Of a stretch of 56,757 nucleotides of DNA, positions 18,250 through 26,048 are shown one piece after another. The translations under genes were made by a program, and so were the position numbers. The stretch is from positions 1-56,757 of the forward strand of contig PBIV01000056.1 of assembly GCA_002720935.1 (NCBI GenBank), in the 5' to 3' direction. The stretch comes from Rickettsiales bacterium (lineage in GTDB: Bacteria; Pseudomonadota; Alphaproteobacteria; Micavibrionales; GCA-2720935). How positions within the stretch are numbered: the first letter of the stretch is position 1; every line of letters starts with the position of its first letter. A model generated the notes under the pieces. The model made no database searches and was not told where the DNA came from. It was given only the letters and a program-made list of their open reading frames with translations.

Positions 18250-18345
18250 TATAATTTCCTCGCATAATATCTAATCATTCTAATAATCTCTGCATGTTCG
18301 CCACGGTAAAAAAAGCGCCCTGTATATAACGGGTGTTGGCTGAAT

Positions 18346-18642
18346 TTAGTCATTACCGCCACCGACTATTCTTTTGTTTAGCGCCTTCACTATCTTATCA
18401 ATAAATTTAAAAACAGGGTCAGAGCATAAAATCATCACAAGTAAAACAAATATGTTTAAAAAGGGGATTAAGCATAAAACCAGCATGAGTATTACATCGC
18501 CAACTTTTAAATATTGATGATAAATTTTGTGCTGTTTCTTTTCTTTTTGAAGCTTATCATCTTGTATTCTTTTTCTTATAAGTCGTTCACAAAAAATCAA
18601 ACTTAAAGCCGTTGGTATTGTATAAAGCCAAAACAACATCAT
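18346..18642 (-). CDS. Small phage membrane protein (98 aa)
   Basis: Two hydrophobic segments. 4-nt overlap with the upstream gene. Confidence 0.45.
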   Translation of the reverse strand: MMLFWLYTIPTALSLIFCERLIRKRIQDDKLQKEKKQHKIYHQYLKVGDVILMLVLCLIPFLNIFVLLVMILCSDPVFKFIDKIVKALNKRIVGGGND

Positions 18643-19082
18643 TCGCCCCTCGCTTTGTTGAGTGCTTGCTTTACTTTTTTACACACAACATCCATATTCA
18701 TGTTTGAACCCGACAAGGCGCAATCAGCTAAACTCAATGCCTCCACCATCTCGTCAAACAGCTCTAACTTGTTTACGTGCTTATCAATATAGCCGTCGTA
18801 TGATTTGTGAGACGTATCCCAGTTCCTGCGGTCTTCAATCCACGGTGCTGATGGATAGTTAGCTAAAACACTAATAGCTTCTTCATGTGTTGTATTAGGG
18901 TCAAATCTTGCTCTCTCAATCCATTTCCAAAGAAAGTTAAGTGTTTCTTTTTGTTCTTGTAACTGTTTCCATTTATTAAATTCTTTTTCATTACAGTCTT
19001 CGCAAGGGTGGGATTCTGTTGAACTGGGCTCAATCTCTATCTGTCCATGCCCCTCACAAGTTACGCAATTCTTATATGTCAT
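18639..19082 (-). CDS. Hypothetical phage protein with an N-terminal CxxC...CxxC zinc-ribbon-like motif
   Basis: CVTCEGHGQIE...CEDCNEKE. Confidence 0.45.
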   Translation of the reverse strand: MTYKNCVTCEGHGQIEIEPSSTESHPCEDCNEKEFNKWKQLQEQKETLNFLWKWIERARFDPNTTHEEAISVLANYPSAPWIEDRRNWDTSHKSYDGYIDKHVNKLELFDEMVEALSLADCALSGSNMNMDVVCKKVKQALNKARGE

Positions 19083-19242
19083 TGTGCACCTCTACCACCT
19101 GATTATTTTTAAAGCATTTGAGCTCGCCCTTTGAACGACCCCAAGAAAAAAACAACATGGCACACAAGATCAAAGAAATAAGCCAAGTTACTTTCAAAGT
19201 CTCCTTAACAAAAATGTCCTCAAACTCATCTTTATATGTCAT
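19072..19242 (-). CDS. Small membrane protein (56 aa, hand-called)
   Basis: MTYKDEFEDIFVKETLKVTWLISLILCAMLFFSWGRSKGELKC... The start overlaps the upstream stop (ATGA). Confidence 0.3.
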   Translation of the reverse strand: MTYKDEFEDIFVKETLKVTWLISLILCAMLFFSWGRSKGELKCFKNNQVVEVHNDI

Positions 19243-19883
19243 GGCTTTATCCTTTCAAACTTAACAACCCAAACCCATGGATTGTTAGCCCAACTTTCTT
19301 CGCCATTTATTGATTGCCAAAGGGATTGAAAAGATTTTATGCCATTATTAGCAAAACCGTTTGCCCAGCCCATACCTTCTTTATCAAGATAATTTTTACA
19401 ATAGTATGATGCGTCATCGAAAGGATGTGTTTGAATATCAATACCTTCATCAATAGCATCTTCCTCGCAAATATCTTGCAAACGCTCAACGCGTACATCT
19501 TTTATTTCAAGTTGAATACGGCTTGATTTGCGTTCCATATGTATAGATGGGCGACAATCACGAGAATAACTCCAATGTTGAACTGCATCATGTCCATCAT
19601 GTTTTATCAAAACGGGTGTACCATCAAAATATTTGGACAATACAATACTGTCGCTTGTTTCATGATCAGCATATGTGTTTTCACGCACCCAAAGCTGATC
19701 TCTGATCTTTCCGTAAGGACATTTCACATCTATAAACCCATCTTCCCAAGCGCCTTTGATAATATCATCATCCAAATGTGAACCTGGTTGTGGTTTTATA
19801 ATGCGCCTAGTTTGAGTTTTTTGCCCTGATAGAATGGCTTGAACCATTTCTGCATTAAATAATATTGGTTTCTCGTTCATCAT
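19239..19883 (-). CDS. ASCH/PUA-like domain phage protein
   Basis: The N-terminal PILFNAEMVQAILSGQKTQTRR is a recurrent ASCH-like phage signature. Confidence 0.45.
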   Translation of the reverse strand: MMNEKPILFNAEMVQAILSGQKTQTRRIIKPQPGSHLDDDIIKGAWEDGFIDVKCPYGKIRDQLWVRENTYADHETSDSIVLSKYFDGTPVLIKHDGHDAVQHWSYSRDCRPSIHMERKSSRIQLEIKDVRVERLQDICEEDAIDEGIDIQTHPFDDASYYCKNYLDKEGMGWANGFANNGIKSFQSLWQSINGEESWANNPWVWVVKFERIKP

Positions 19884-19891
19884 AATTCCCC

Positions 19892-20350
19892 TTAGGTAAT
19901 TCCGTCTTCGTTTACTTCTGGTGTTCTTCGATATGCTCTATTAGCGTGCTCTTCGCAAAAGCTTCCTCTATGGATTTTTTTAGAGCAGAATAAAAAAGGA
20001 CCTTCTGCGACTGGCCACCTACATTCATTATTTCGAACATCTATCAAAGACTTTGCACCAGGTGGTATTACCGCGCATTTTTTAGGGCTTTTTTCTTGTA
20101 CCGGCTTTTTTATTTCTTGGATATCAGCCTTGTTTTTCTTGATCCTGATCGTGTTTGGACTTGCCCTTTGAGCGGTGGCATTATCTACCTTTACTTTGCA
20201 TCGGCGCTTTCTTTTCTTAAGCCCCATTCTTCTCGCTTTACCAATAATGGCATTCTTACTTACACCAAGCTTATTGCCGATGATTTCGGCCGTAACATCT
20301 TTGACCCAAAGTTCTTTTAATTTTTTTACTCTTTCATCTGTCCAAGACAT
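19892..20350 (-). CDS. gcrA: GcrA-family cell-cycle regulator homolog (phage-encoded)
   Basis: MSWTDERVKKLKELW...IGNKLGVSKNAIIGKARRMGL at the N-terminus and CRWPVAEGPFLFC...FCEEHANRAY at the C-terminus. These are the GcrA hallmarks. Confidence 0.8.
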   Translation of the reverse strand: MSWTDERVKKLKELWVKDVTAEIIGNKLGVSKNAIIGKARRMGLKKRKRRCKVKVDNATAQRASPNTIRIKKNKADIQEIKKPVQEKSPKKCAVIPPGAKSLIDVRNNECRWPVAEGPFLFCSKKIHRGSFCEEHANRAYRRTPEVNEDGIT

Positions 20351-20370
20351 GATATTCCCCTTAAATTTAA

Positions 20371-20559
20371 TTACTTATCGCTTTTAGTCATTTGATCCAC
20401 ATTCTCGCCGATGTGTTTTAACCTTTTAGCGGTACTTGATTTTTTATCGTCTGAAAGTGTTCCACCAAGAGTTACAAAATCAACGGCCAAGTCTATTGGT
20501 AATACCGCCGTTCCAATGATTGCTTTTGTTAAGCTCTTGAGCATTGTTTTTCCTTTCAT
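20371..20559 (-). CDS. Small hypothetical protein (62 aa). Start trimmed to ATG at 20559, immediately after the tRNA-Met 3' end.
   Basis: The upstream part of the listed 100-aa ORF is the tRNA gene. The remaining MKGKTMLKSLTKAIIGTAVLPIDLAVDFVTLGG... has one hydrophobic segment. Confidence 0.4.
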   Translation of the reverse strand: MKGKTMLKSLTKAIIGTAVLPIDLAVDFVTLGGTLSDDKKSSTAKRLKHIGENVDQMTKSDK

Positions 20560-20569
20560 GTCTAAAATT

Positions 20570-20645
20570 TGGTTGCGGGGGCAGGGTTCGAACCTGCGAC
20601 CTCTTGCGTATGAGACAAGCGAGCTGACCACTGCTCTACCCCGCA
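20570..20645 (-). tRNA. Phage-encoded tRNA with CAT anticodon (Met, or Ile2 if lysidine-modified)
   Basis: The minus strand reads TGCGGGG-TA-GAGC...GCTC-G-CTTGT-CTCATAC-GCAAG-AGGTC-GCAGG-TTCGAAC-CCTGC-CCCCGCA-A-CCA. The U1-A72 pair argues against an initiator. Confidence 0.85.
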
Positions 20646-20826
20646 TTAATTGCCCGTCTCTCCGAGCTGTCAAGCCTTGTACTCTACGTTGGACGGCTTT
20701 CTCCCTATCTAGGTTTATTCTTGATGGCGGTGGCAGGGGCGTTATCCCTGCAAGCCTCTAAGTCGTATGCTCAATGCAGTAATCGTCTTCACGGCGTTTC
20801 TAAGGCATGCACACCGCACCGCCACA
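20646..20826 (-). ncRNA. Candidate structured RNA with a tRNA-like acceptor/T minihelix, directly upstream of tRNA-Met
   Basis: About 180 nt, non-coding and visibly GC-richer than its surroundings. A 7-bp closing stem GGCGGTG/CACCGCC (20817-23 with 20726-32) abuts a 6-bp/7-nt hairpin (20733-51). A second stem pairs 20652-58 with 20691-96. Confidence 0.4.
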
Positions 20827-20928
20827 TTAAAACCCTAGCCAAATCAACAGATCACTAAATCCAAATGCCATAAGCGCAATGAAACAGCTGATTAAGAAAA
20901 AAATGTCTGATGTTTTGACTTGATCCAT
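20827..20928 (-). CDS. Possible small hydrophobic peptide (33 aa, hand-called)
   Basis: MDQVKTSDIFFLISCFIALMAFGFSDLLIWLGF, starting 3 nt after the DUF2303 gene stop. Confidence 0.25.
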   Translation of the reverse strand: MDQVKTSDIFFLISCFIALMAFGFSDLLIWLGF

Positions 20929-20930
20929 GC

Positions 20931-21827
20931 TTAGTTACTCCCGAAATAAAGAGGCAATTCCACAGCTTTTTTGGCCTTTGCGCACGCCGTTTCAAAAGCT
21001 TCATTAAGCTTGTCATGAATTCTAAAGAGATCGTAAAACCAGAGTACTCGTCCTTCTTTTAGTCTGTACCTGAGTCTTACAACTACGCGTTCAGGATCTC
21101 CGCCCTCAAAAATAGGAATTCTGATCATAAAGAAATCTGGAACACTTACTCGGCTACCATCTGCCTGTACGTGCTCGGACGAGAATTTGATTTCAGTCTC
21201 TCCAGATGAAAGCTTGGTCTTAGATTTATATGTTTCATTGGAATGAATTTCTAAGCCTTTTGATAACTCTATCATTTCCAATGGCTCTGCAAATTTAGGT
21301 TTTAGTCCATCAAATGGAATAAGATCCTCTTTAGTTGGCATTGCTATTTCAATTTTCTTTTCCTCTAGAAACGCAGCAAAATCCGCCTGATCCATAACGG
21401 TTTTGTTTTGTCTCAACCAATCATTGAAAACTTTAGTTGTTGGAAATCTATAAACAGCTCTATGGTCTGCGTTATCAGCATCTTCAACATTGTCATTTTC
21501 AGGATGATAATCAAAAATAGCCTCAATATATGCATTAATACTATGATCTCTTAATTCTGCTCTTGCAAAAACCACTGATCTTTCAGCTTTGAAACGGTTC
21601 ACGATGTCAAAGAAACTCTGCAGTCTATCTGTTTCGATTGTTCCTTTTCTGCGATCTGGCTTTGTTTTGTGTTCATCGATATACCTTTTTACACTTTGAA
21701 GGCTCATTCCTTGTGGAATAACCGCTATTTTTGTTTTTTTTGCATCCCCTTTCTCAATATCAATGAATTGTGGTTTAGCATTTTCAATGATTGTTTCAGC
21801 CAAATGGCTTGCTTGGTTTATATCCAT
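20931..21827 (-). CDS. DUF2303 (YfdQ-like) phage protein
   Basis: Length and N-terminal pattern (...VIPQGMSLQSVKRYIDEHKTKPDRRKGTIETDRLQSFFDIVNRF) resemble the YfdQ family. Recalled from memory. Confidence 0.5.
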   Translation of the reverse strand: MDINQASHLAETIIENAKPQFIDIEKGDAKKTKIAVIPQGMSLQSVKRYIDEHKTKPDRRKGTIETDRLQSFFDIVNRFKAERSVVFARAELRDHSINAYIEAIFDYHPENDNVEDADNADHRAVYRFPTTKVFNDWLRQNKTVMDQADFAAFLEEKKIEIAMPTKEDLIPFDGLKPKFAEPLEMIELSKGLEIHSNETYKSKTKLSSGETEIKFSSEHVQADGSRVSVPDFFMIRIPIFEGGDPERVVVRLRYRLKEGRVLWFYDLFRIHDKLNEAFETACAKAKKAVELPLYFGSN

Positions 21828-21870
21828 TTTTCTATCTTTCTATATTTTTTAAGATTAATTTTTAACTTGA

Positions 21871-22257
21871 TTACATGCCTGCTGCTTTTTCGGCGTCACG
21901 AAGCCTTTTGCGCTCCAACTCATCATCAAAAGTAAGTTGGTTAGGACTTTGTCTAGTAAGGTTTCCTTTATCATCGCAATAAAAAATTGCAGCCCTTTTC
22001 TTGGGAGCTTTTGGAAACTTCGTTTGCATCTCTGGATAGATTTGAACAATCTTGTCCTGTTGATCCATTACAAACTCAACCTTGAGTGTCAATGAAGCCT
22101 TTTGAGTCCCTCCCCTCTCAAAACAGGCATCAGAAATCTCATTGATACACTGTGCCATTGCTTCATCGAGTTCTAAAGAAAGCTCCCCTTTATCGAGCTT
22201 GGTTAATAAGGAATGGAAATGTTGTAAATCCAAATCCTTGTTACTTGCTTCTTGCAT
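21871..22257 (-). CDS. Hypothetical phage protein (128 aa)
   Basis: ORF in the early-left operon. Confidence 0.45.
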   Translation of the reverse strand: MQEASNKDLDLQHFHSLLTKLDKGELSLELDEAMAQCINEISDACFERGGTQKASLTLKVEFVMDQQDKIVQIYPEMQTKFPKAPKKRAAIFYCDDKGNLTRQSPNQLTFDDELERKRLRDAEKAAGM

Positions 22258-22282
22258 AATTATCCCCTTTCGTCTGTTTTGG

Positions 22283-22507
22283 TTATGCGTAGCGATTAAA
22301 AAGATTTAAAAACTTAGTGATGATCGAGCGTTTAGCGGTGGGCTTTTGTTGCACCTCTTTTCTCAAACTTGATGTCGTTCTACTTCTGACAAGCAGGCCA
22401 TAAAAGCGTGATTTTTTACCCACCTTGCTATGTTTTTCGATCGTATCTAGTGCCATTTGATAGGCATCATTAAACCCTTGTTCATATTGATCTATTGAAA
22501 GTCTCAT
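22283..22507 (-). CDS. Hypothetical phage protein (74 aa)
   Basis: ORF with a 4-nt overlap with ssb. Confidence 0.4.
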   Translation of the reverse strand: MRLSIDQYEQGFNDAYQMALDTIEKHSKVGKKSRFYGLLVRSRTTSSLRKEVQQKPTAKRSIITKFLNLFNRYA

Positions 22508-22914
22508 GCGGTGGCCTCCTCTTTATGTTTTAAGGGTTCAACCCCTTCTTGATCATTGGAATATTTAACAGGGATGTAATGTCTGCAGACACTCCCTCGA
22601 TATGGGCGCAAAACAACTTCTGTTCTGCTAACCATCTCTTTATTTTTATTGGGATACTTTCTGGTCTCACATTTACCAACAACGCCAATAAAGTCGCCTT
22701 TTTTAAGCTCATTCTTTAAACGATCAATCAGGCCCTGATTTCTAATAACAATATTGTGCCATTCGGTAGACCATTTCGTTTGACCGTCGCTTGTGGAATA
22801 GCTGTCCTTTGTTCCAAGACTAAAGGTCATAACTTGACCACCTCTTTGCATTGTCCTGACCTCTGGATCAGACCCGATATAACCACTTAATTCTATGCGA
22901 TTGACGTGTTCCAT
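22504..22914 (-). CDS. ssb: Single-stranded DNA-binding protein
   Basis: NRIELSGYIGSDPEVRTMQRGGQVMTFSLGT...TEWHNIVI is an OB-fold SSB pattern. Confidence 0.8.
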   Translation of the reverse strand: MEHVNRIELSGYIGSDPEVRTMQRGGQVMTFSLGTKDSYSTSDGQTKWSTEWHNIVIRNQGLIDRLKNELKKGDFIGVVGKCETRKYPNKNKEMVSRTEVVLRPYRGSVCRHYIPVKYSNDQEGVEPLKHKEEATA

Positions 22915-23102
22915 TATTTACGCCCCCATTTATCAAAATTTGATGCCTTAACCTCATCTGAGTAAAATTTCAAAATTCTCTCATTTCTCCATTCGCTCTC
23001 TTTCTCGATTGCATTCAATCCGAACCATAAAAACGCAAACATCATGGCCACAATGAGTGGAGACCATAAAACGAATTGAATTAGCTCTTTTCCATTAATC
23101 AT
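22914..23102 (-). CDS. Small membrane protein (62 aa). Start trimmed to ATG at 23102.
   Basis: MINGKELIQFVLWSPLIVAMMFAFLWFGLNAIEK... The ATG overlaps the stop of the hand-called upstream ORF. Confidence 0.4.
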   Translation of the reverse strand: MINGKELIQFVLWSPLIVAMMFAFLWFGLNAIEKESEWRNERILKFYSDEVKASNFDKWGRK

Positions 23103-23274
23103 GTGATTGCCCGCCTTCCATCGCCTCAAACACCAAGTCCATAAGAATGCCCGCCATATCAATGGTTGGCTCACATTCCCCAATTAGTGTCGACAAATCA
23201 GAATCCGCCGACACAGTTTCACCCACGGGAATAGTGGATTGGGGGAATTGAATAATGTTTGAAGTATTGTTCAT
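23095..23274 (-). CDS. Small acidic protein (59 aa, hand-called), first gene of the early-left operon
   Basis: MNNTSNIIQFPQSTIPVGETVSADSDLSTLIGECEPTIDMAGILMDLVFEAMEGGQSHD. Confidence 0.35.
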   Translation of the reverse strand: MNNTSNIIQFPQSTIPVGETVSADSDLSTLIGECEPTIDMAGILMDLVFEAMEGGQSHD

Positions 23275-23304
23275 ATTTAAGCCTTTTGTATACTTTATAC
23301 ATAC

Positions 23305-23360
23305 ATATTACACTTAAATTTTATATTTGCAACATAAAAAACATACATTTTATGTTTTTT
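23305..23360. promoter_or_regulatory. Candidate left operator/promoter (OL-like) sharing motifs with the cI/cro intergenic region
   Basis: ATATTACACT (23305-14) is the reverse complement of AGTGTAATAT at 27023-32. The inverted pair AAAAACATAC (23337-46) / TATGTTTTTT (23351-60) matches the GTATGTTTTT repeats at 26980-27022. Confidence 0.5.
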
Positions 23361-23454
23361 ATTAAGGACTCAGTTTCTCCCAACTTTAAAAAAACAGATT
23401 CACTTGACTGGTATGGTTTCCAGTGATCTAAATTAAAAAAAGGAGATTGAATAT

Positions 23455-24249
23455 ATGCTTACAAAAATCATGAGTTTTCTAGAAACAATAGGAAGAGAAT
23501 CACAGGAACCAATACCCGATTTACCAAGCGGAAAAAAAGTTATTATACCCGACTGGGAGTTTGAAGAATTTGATGTTATTGAACTTAATGAGGAGTTTGA
23601 AAGTGATATTTCTTTTGAAGATTTCTATGACGATGTTTTCTCAGAACAAGAAATAATAACATTTGGACAAACGACCTATATTGAATATCTAGATTCAAAA
23701 AAGAATTTATCTTCAAGAAGGGTGTCTATTAAAAAAGTTGAAACGAATGATAAGGGGATCAAACATTTAAAGTGTTATTGTCATGAGCGTAAAGCTTTTA
23801 GATCTTTTCGAGCCGACAGAGTACAATCTATATGCGATATAGGGACAGGGGAAATTATAGAAGACAAAGAAAGAATACAAAAATCTTTAGAACATATTGA
23901 GTTCTTTTGCTCTCAATTTTCTGTTTCGGATACCTTTAGAAAAGAATACCCAGCCATTAATATTTTATGTTTTCTAGCAAAATGCGATGGCAACGTTCAT
24001 GCGAGTGAGATTGCTGTATTAAAAAAATACCTCAATCAAGTCGATGAAGACCTATCAGAAGATGAAAACAATCTAATTGAATCACTTGCAAAATACTATT
24101 ACCCAGACAAACACCTATATATAAAGAGCTTAAAGAAATTAGAAAAGCATACGGCCAAGTTGAATACTATCGCAATCATGGCTAAAGAATTAATTGAAGC
24201 GGATGGGGTCACTCATGATAAAGAGAAAGAATTTTTAAGTCTATTTTAA
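23455..24249 (+). CDS. WYL-domain / TerB-domain fusion protein
   Basis: TYIEYLDSKKNLSSRRVSIKKVETNDKGIKHLKCYCHERKAFRSFRADRVQSI fits the WYL pattern (Y..d..g..s.R.v.P......yl.ayC..r...R.FR.DRI). The C-terminal LAKCDGNVHASEIAVLKKYL and LIEADGVTHDKEKEFL are TerB-type repeats. Confidence 0.6.
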   Translation: MLTKIMSFLETIGRESQEPIPDLPSGKKVIIPDWEFEEFDVIELNEEFESDISFEDFYDDVFSEQEIITFGQTTYIEYLDSKKNLSSRRVSIKKVETNDKGIKHLKCYCHERKAFRSFRADRVQSICDIGTGEIIEDKERIQKSLEHIEFFCSQFSVSDTFRKEYPAINILCFLAKCDGNVHASEIAVLKKYLNQVDEDLSEDENNLIESLAKYYYPDKHLYIKSLKKLEKHTAKLNTIAIMAKELIEADGVTHDKEKEFLSLF

Positions 24250-24962
24250 GCGGCTTTATTTTTATTTTTTGAGAAATCAATTCTTAAAAAATTACGCTCA
24301 AAAAGGTCGCCATGTGTTTCGTCTTTTTGCATGATTTCGAAACATTTCAAAATAGATCCTGGATAAACATCCAAACCCTTCTGCAATCTATTCATAAGAA
24401 TGAAGGCGGCCCCCTCTTCTAATAGATATTTTTTTGAAGATTTATAGAAGAATGGATAGCGATCTTTTGTATAAATGTCAGGCATTGATTCACTGCGCCT
24501 GATCCAGAAGCTTGTAATATTATCTTCTAGCCCTTTACAAAACTCGTCATTAATACGATAAACATAATCTAACTCAGAATAAATATCTGCATAATCAGGA
24601 TGGTTTATCCAGTAATCCCATCGAACAACGTTAATCTTGCTGTCTTTTAGAATATCGCCATTTCTTTTAAGCCAATCATCGCCCATCTTAATTGATTTTT
24701 TTAGGGCATCATTTATCGACAATCTCTCAGAGAACGCAATAGAACTTGCTTGCAGAGTATCATTTAAACAAATGGTTATTTTATCAAAGCGACATAATGC
24801 CCATTCAATGCAGGCCTTAAGTTTATCGCCTTCATGGTATTCTTGCCCAACGCTTATTTGCAATCGCACATGATCAAACTCTTGCCAGTTTTCTCCATGC
24901 TTAGGCTTAACCTTGTAATACCCCGTTTGTGGTGGGTATTGATTACTCTTAGAACCTCTCAT
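24246..24962 (-). CDS. Cyclodipeptide synthase-like protein (tRNA-dependent CDPS, XYP-type signature). Start trimmed to ATG at 24962.
   Basis: By-eye alignment to AlbC/YvmC: HVRLQIS37VGQ vs ALIGIS37AGN; EWALCRFDKITICLND vs QWAGQRFERTDVVYVD; HPDYADIY..NDEF..LED vs TPEYRAVR..DAEF..CED; Y179LLEE vs Y178VLAE; Y200-P201 vs Y202-H203. Confidence 0.6.
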   Translation of the reverse strand: MRGSKSNQYPPQTGYYKVKPKHGENWQEFDHVRLQISVGQEYHEGDKLKACIEWALCRFDKITICLNDTLQASSIAFSERLSINDALKKSIKMGDDWLKRNGDILKDSKINVVRWDYWINHPDYADIYSELDYVYRINDEFCKGLEDNITSFWIRRSESMPDIYTKDRYPFFYKSSKKYLLEEGAAFILMNRLQKGLDVYPGSILKCFEIMQKDETHGDLFERNFLRIDFSKNKNKAA

Positions 24963-25590
24963 CAGCAACACTCTCTGTTGGTTTCTCGCCATGCGACCAA
25001 ACAATTTCAAATAGATTTCTTTGAGCTTCAGCAGTTTCAAAATCTTTAAAAATAGTGATCTTCTTTTCAGCACCGCGGGCAATGACTGCATATTTATCGC
25101 CATAGATAAGAGACACGCGGTTTACAAAATATTGTTTAGAGATGTAGCGGTATTCGTCTAAATCTCCCATTAAATAAGTATTTCCCTCTTCAACAAGCTG
25201 TCTCATACCAATGCCTGCCGAGCGAATACGTCTATATAAATTAATTACATCTTGCGGAGATTTGCTGTCATCAGCATTTAAAATAAGCAACTCTTCGTCG
25301 GCCTCGTCTTTTAAATAGCTATACACATCTTCTAAAAGTTTAATAAAACTATTCTCGCCTTCAATGACCGTTACACTATCATCGACTTCTTCAACACCAT
25401 TGGCTGTAATCTTAATATGATGCCTATGGAAAGCAGACAATATCTTGTTAACAGTCTCTAATGTCGGGATCTTATCGCCAGTTTCAAAAGTTTTAATCGT
25501 TACAGCAGGCACACCAGATTCATCAGATAGATCATCTCTTGACCATCCTAATATCGCTCTTGCACCCCTTATGTACTTTCTATCAATCAT
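24949..25590 (-). CDS. XRE-family HTH regulator with an unknown C-terminal domain, translationally coupled to the CDPS-like gene
   Basis: N-terminus IRGARAILGWSRDDLSDESGVPAVTIKTFETGD. 14-nt overlap with the downstream CDPS-like ORF. Confidence 0.6.
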   Translation of the reverse strand: MIDRKYIRGARAILGWSRDDLSDESGVPAVTIKTFETGDKIPTLETVNKILSAFHRHHIKITANGVEEVDDSVTVIEGENSFIKLLEDVYSYLKDEADEELLILNADDSKSPQDVINLYRRIRSAGIGMRQLVEEGNTYLMGDLDEYRYISKQYFVNRVSLIYGDKYAVIARGAEKKITIFKDFETAEAQRNLFEIVWSHGEKPTESVADERF

Positions 25591-25654
25591 TTCTTAACTC
25601 GGTCTAGGTTTTTTATAAAGCATTACTTTATATTTTATAATGTATTATAATTTA

Positions 25655-25730
25655 TATACTAAAGTATCTAAAAAAATATTGCAAGAATTATTTAATTTAC
25701 ATAATATAATAAAAAAGATACTAAAGTATC
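25655..25730. promoter_or_regulatory. Two copies of a 14-bp palindrome (operators) in the divergent promoter region
   Basis: tATACTAAAGTATc at 25655-68 and GATACTAAAGTATC at 25717-30. A possible TTGCAA-17-TAATAT promoter (25679-25707) faces gene 25755. Confidence 0.55.
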
Positions 25731-25754
25731 GAAAAACAACAGGAGGTAAAAACA

Positions 25755-26024
25755 ATGCGGTTAAACAATAAAGGACAATATGAAGTTTCAATATTTGACG
25801 TGAAAAACAAAAACGATCTTGCAGCTGAGCTTAGAAACGTGGTTCGCGCAAAAATTAAGAAATACAGATCACACCAAGAGAATAACAGCTACGCCGATAG
25901 TAACCCACAGGACATTATTCTATATAGAGAGATCATGGTCGCCTATCAGACTTATAAAGAGGCCTATAGCAAGAGCGGTGGCTATATGATGTTCTACTTC
26001 TTAAATGAAGGTTTAAAACGATAA
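25755..26024 (+). CDS. Hypothetical phage protein (89 aa)
   Basis: Strong RBS AGGAGG 7 nt upstream. No family recognised. Confidence 0.5.
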   Translation: MRLNNKGQYEVSIFDVKNKNDLAAELRNVVRAKIKKYRSHQENNSYADSNPQDIILYREIMVAYQTYKEAYSKSGGYMMFYFLNEGLKR

Positions 26025-26048
26025 TTATATAAGTGGGGGATTATAATA

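Noticed and set aside
20570-20645. Phage tRNA(CAT) considered as an initiator tRNA-fMet
   Set aside because: Positions 1 and 72 form a U-A pair rather than the initiator mismatch. The anticodon stem lacks the three consecutive G-C pairs. Elongator Met or Ile2 is more likely, and sequence alone cannot separate them.
20371-20761. Listed ORFs 20371..20673 (-) and 20411..20761 (+)
   Set aside because: Both run through the tRNA-Met gene and the structured non-coding region. Only the part of the minus ORF downstream of the tRNA (20371..20559) was kept.
24963-25103. N-terminal 47 codons of the listed 285-aa ORF (CDPS-like gene)
   Set aside because: This part overlaps the 3' end of the XRE gene and is Leu/Lys-rich low complexity. 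The AlbC alignment starts after the internal Met at 24962, which also reproduces the Ser37 numbering.
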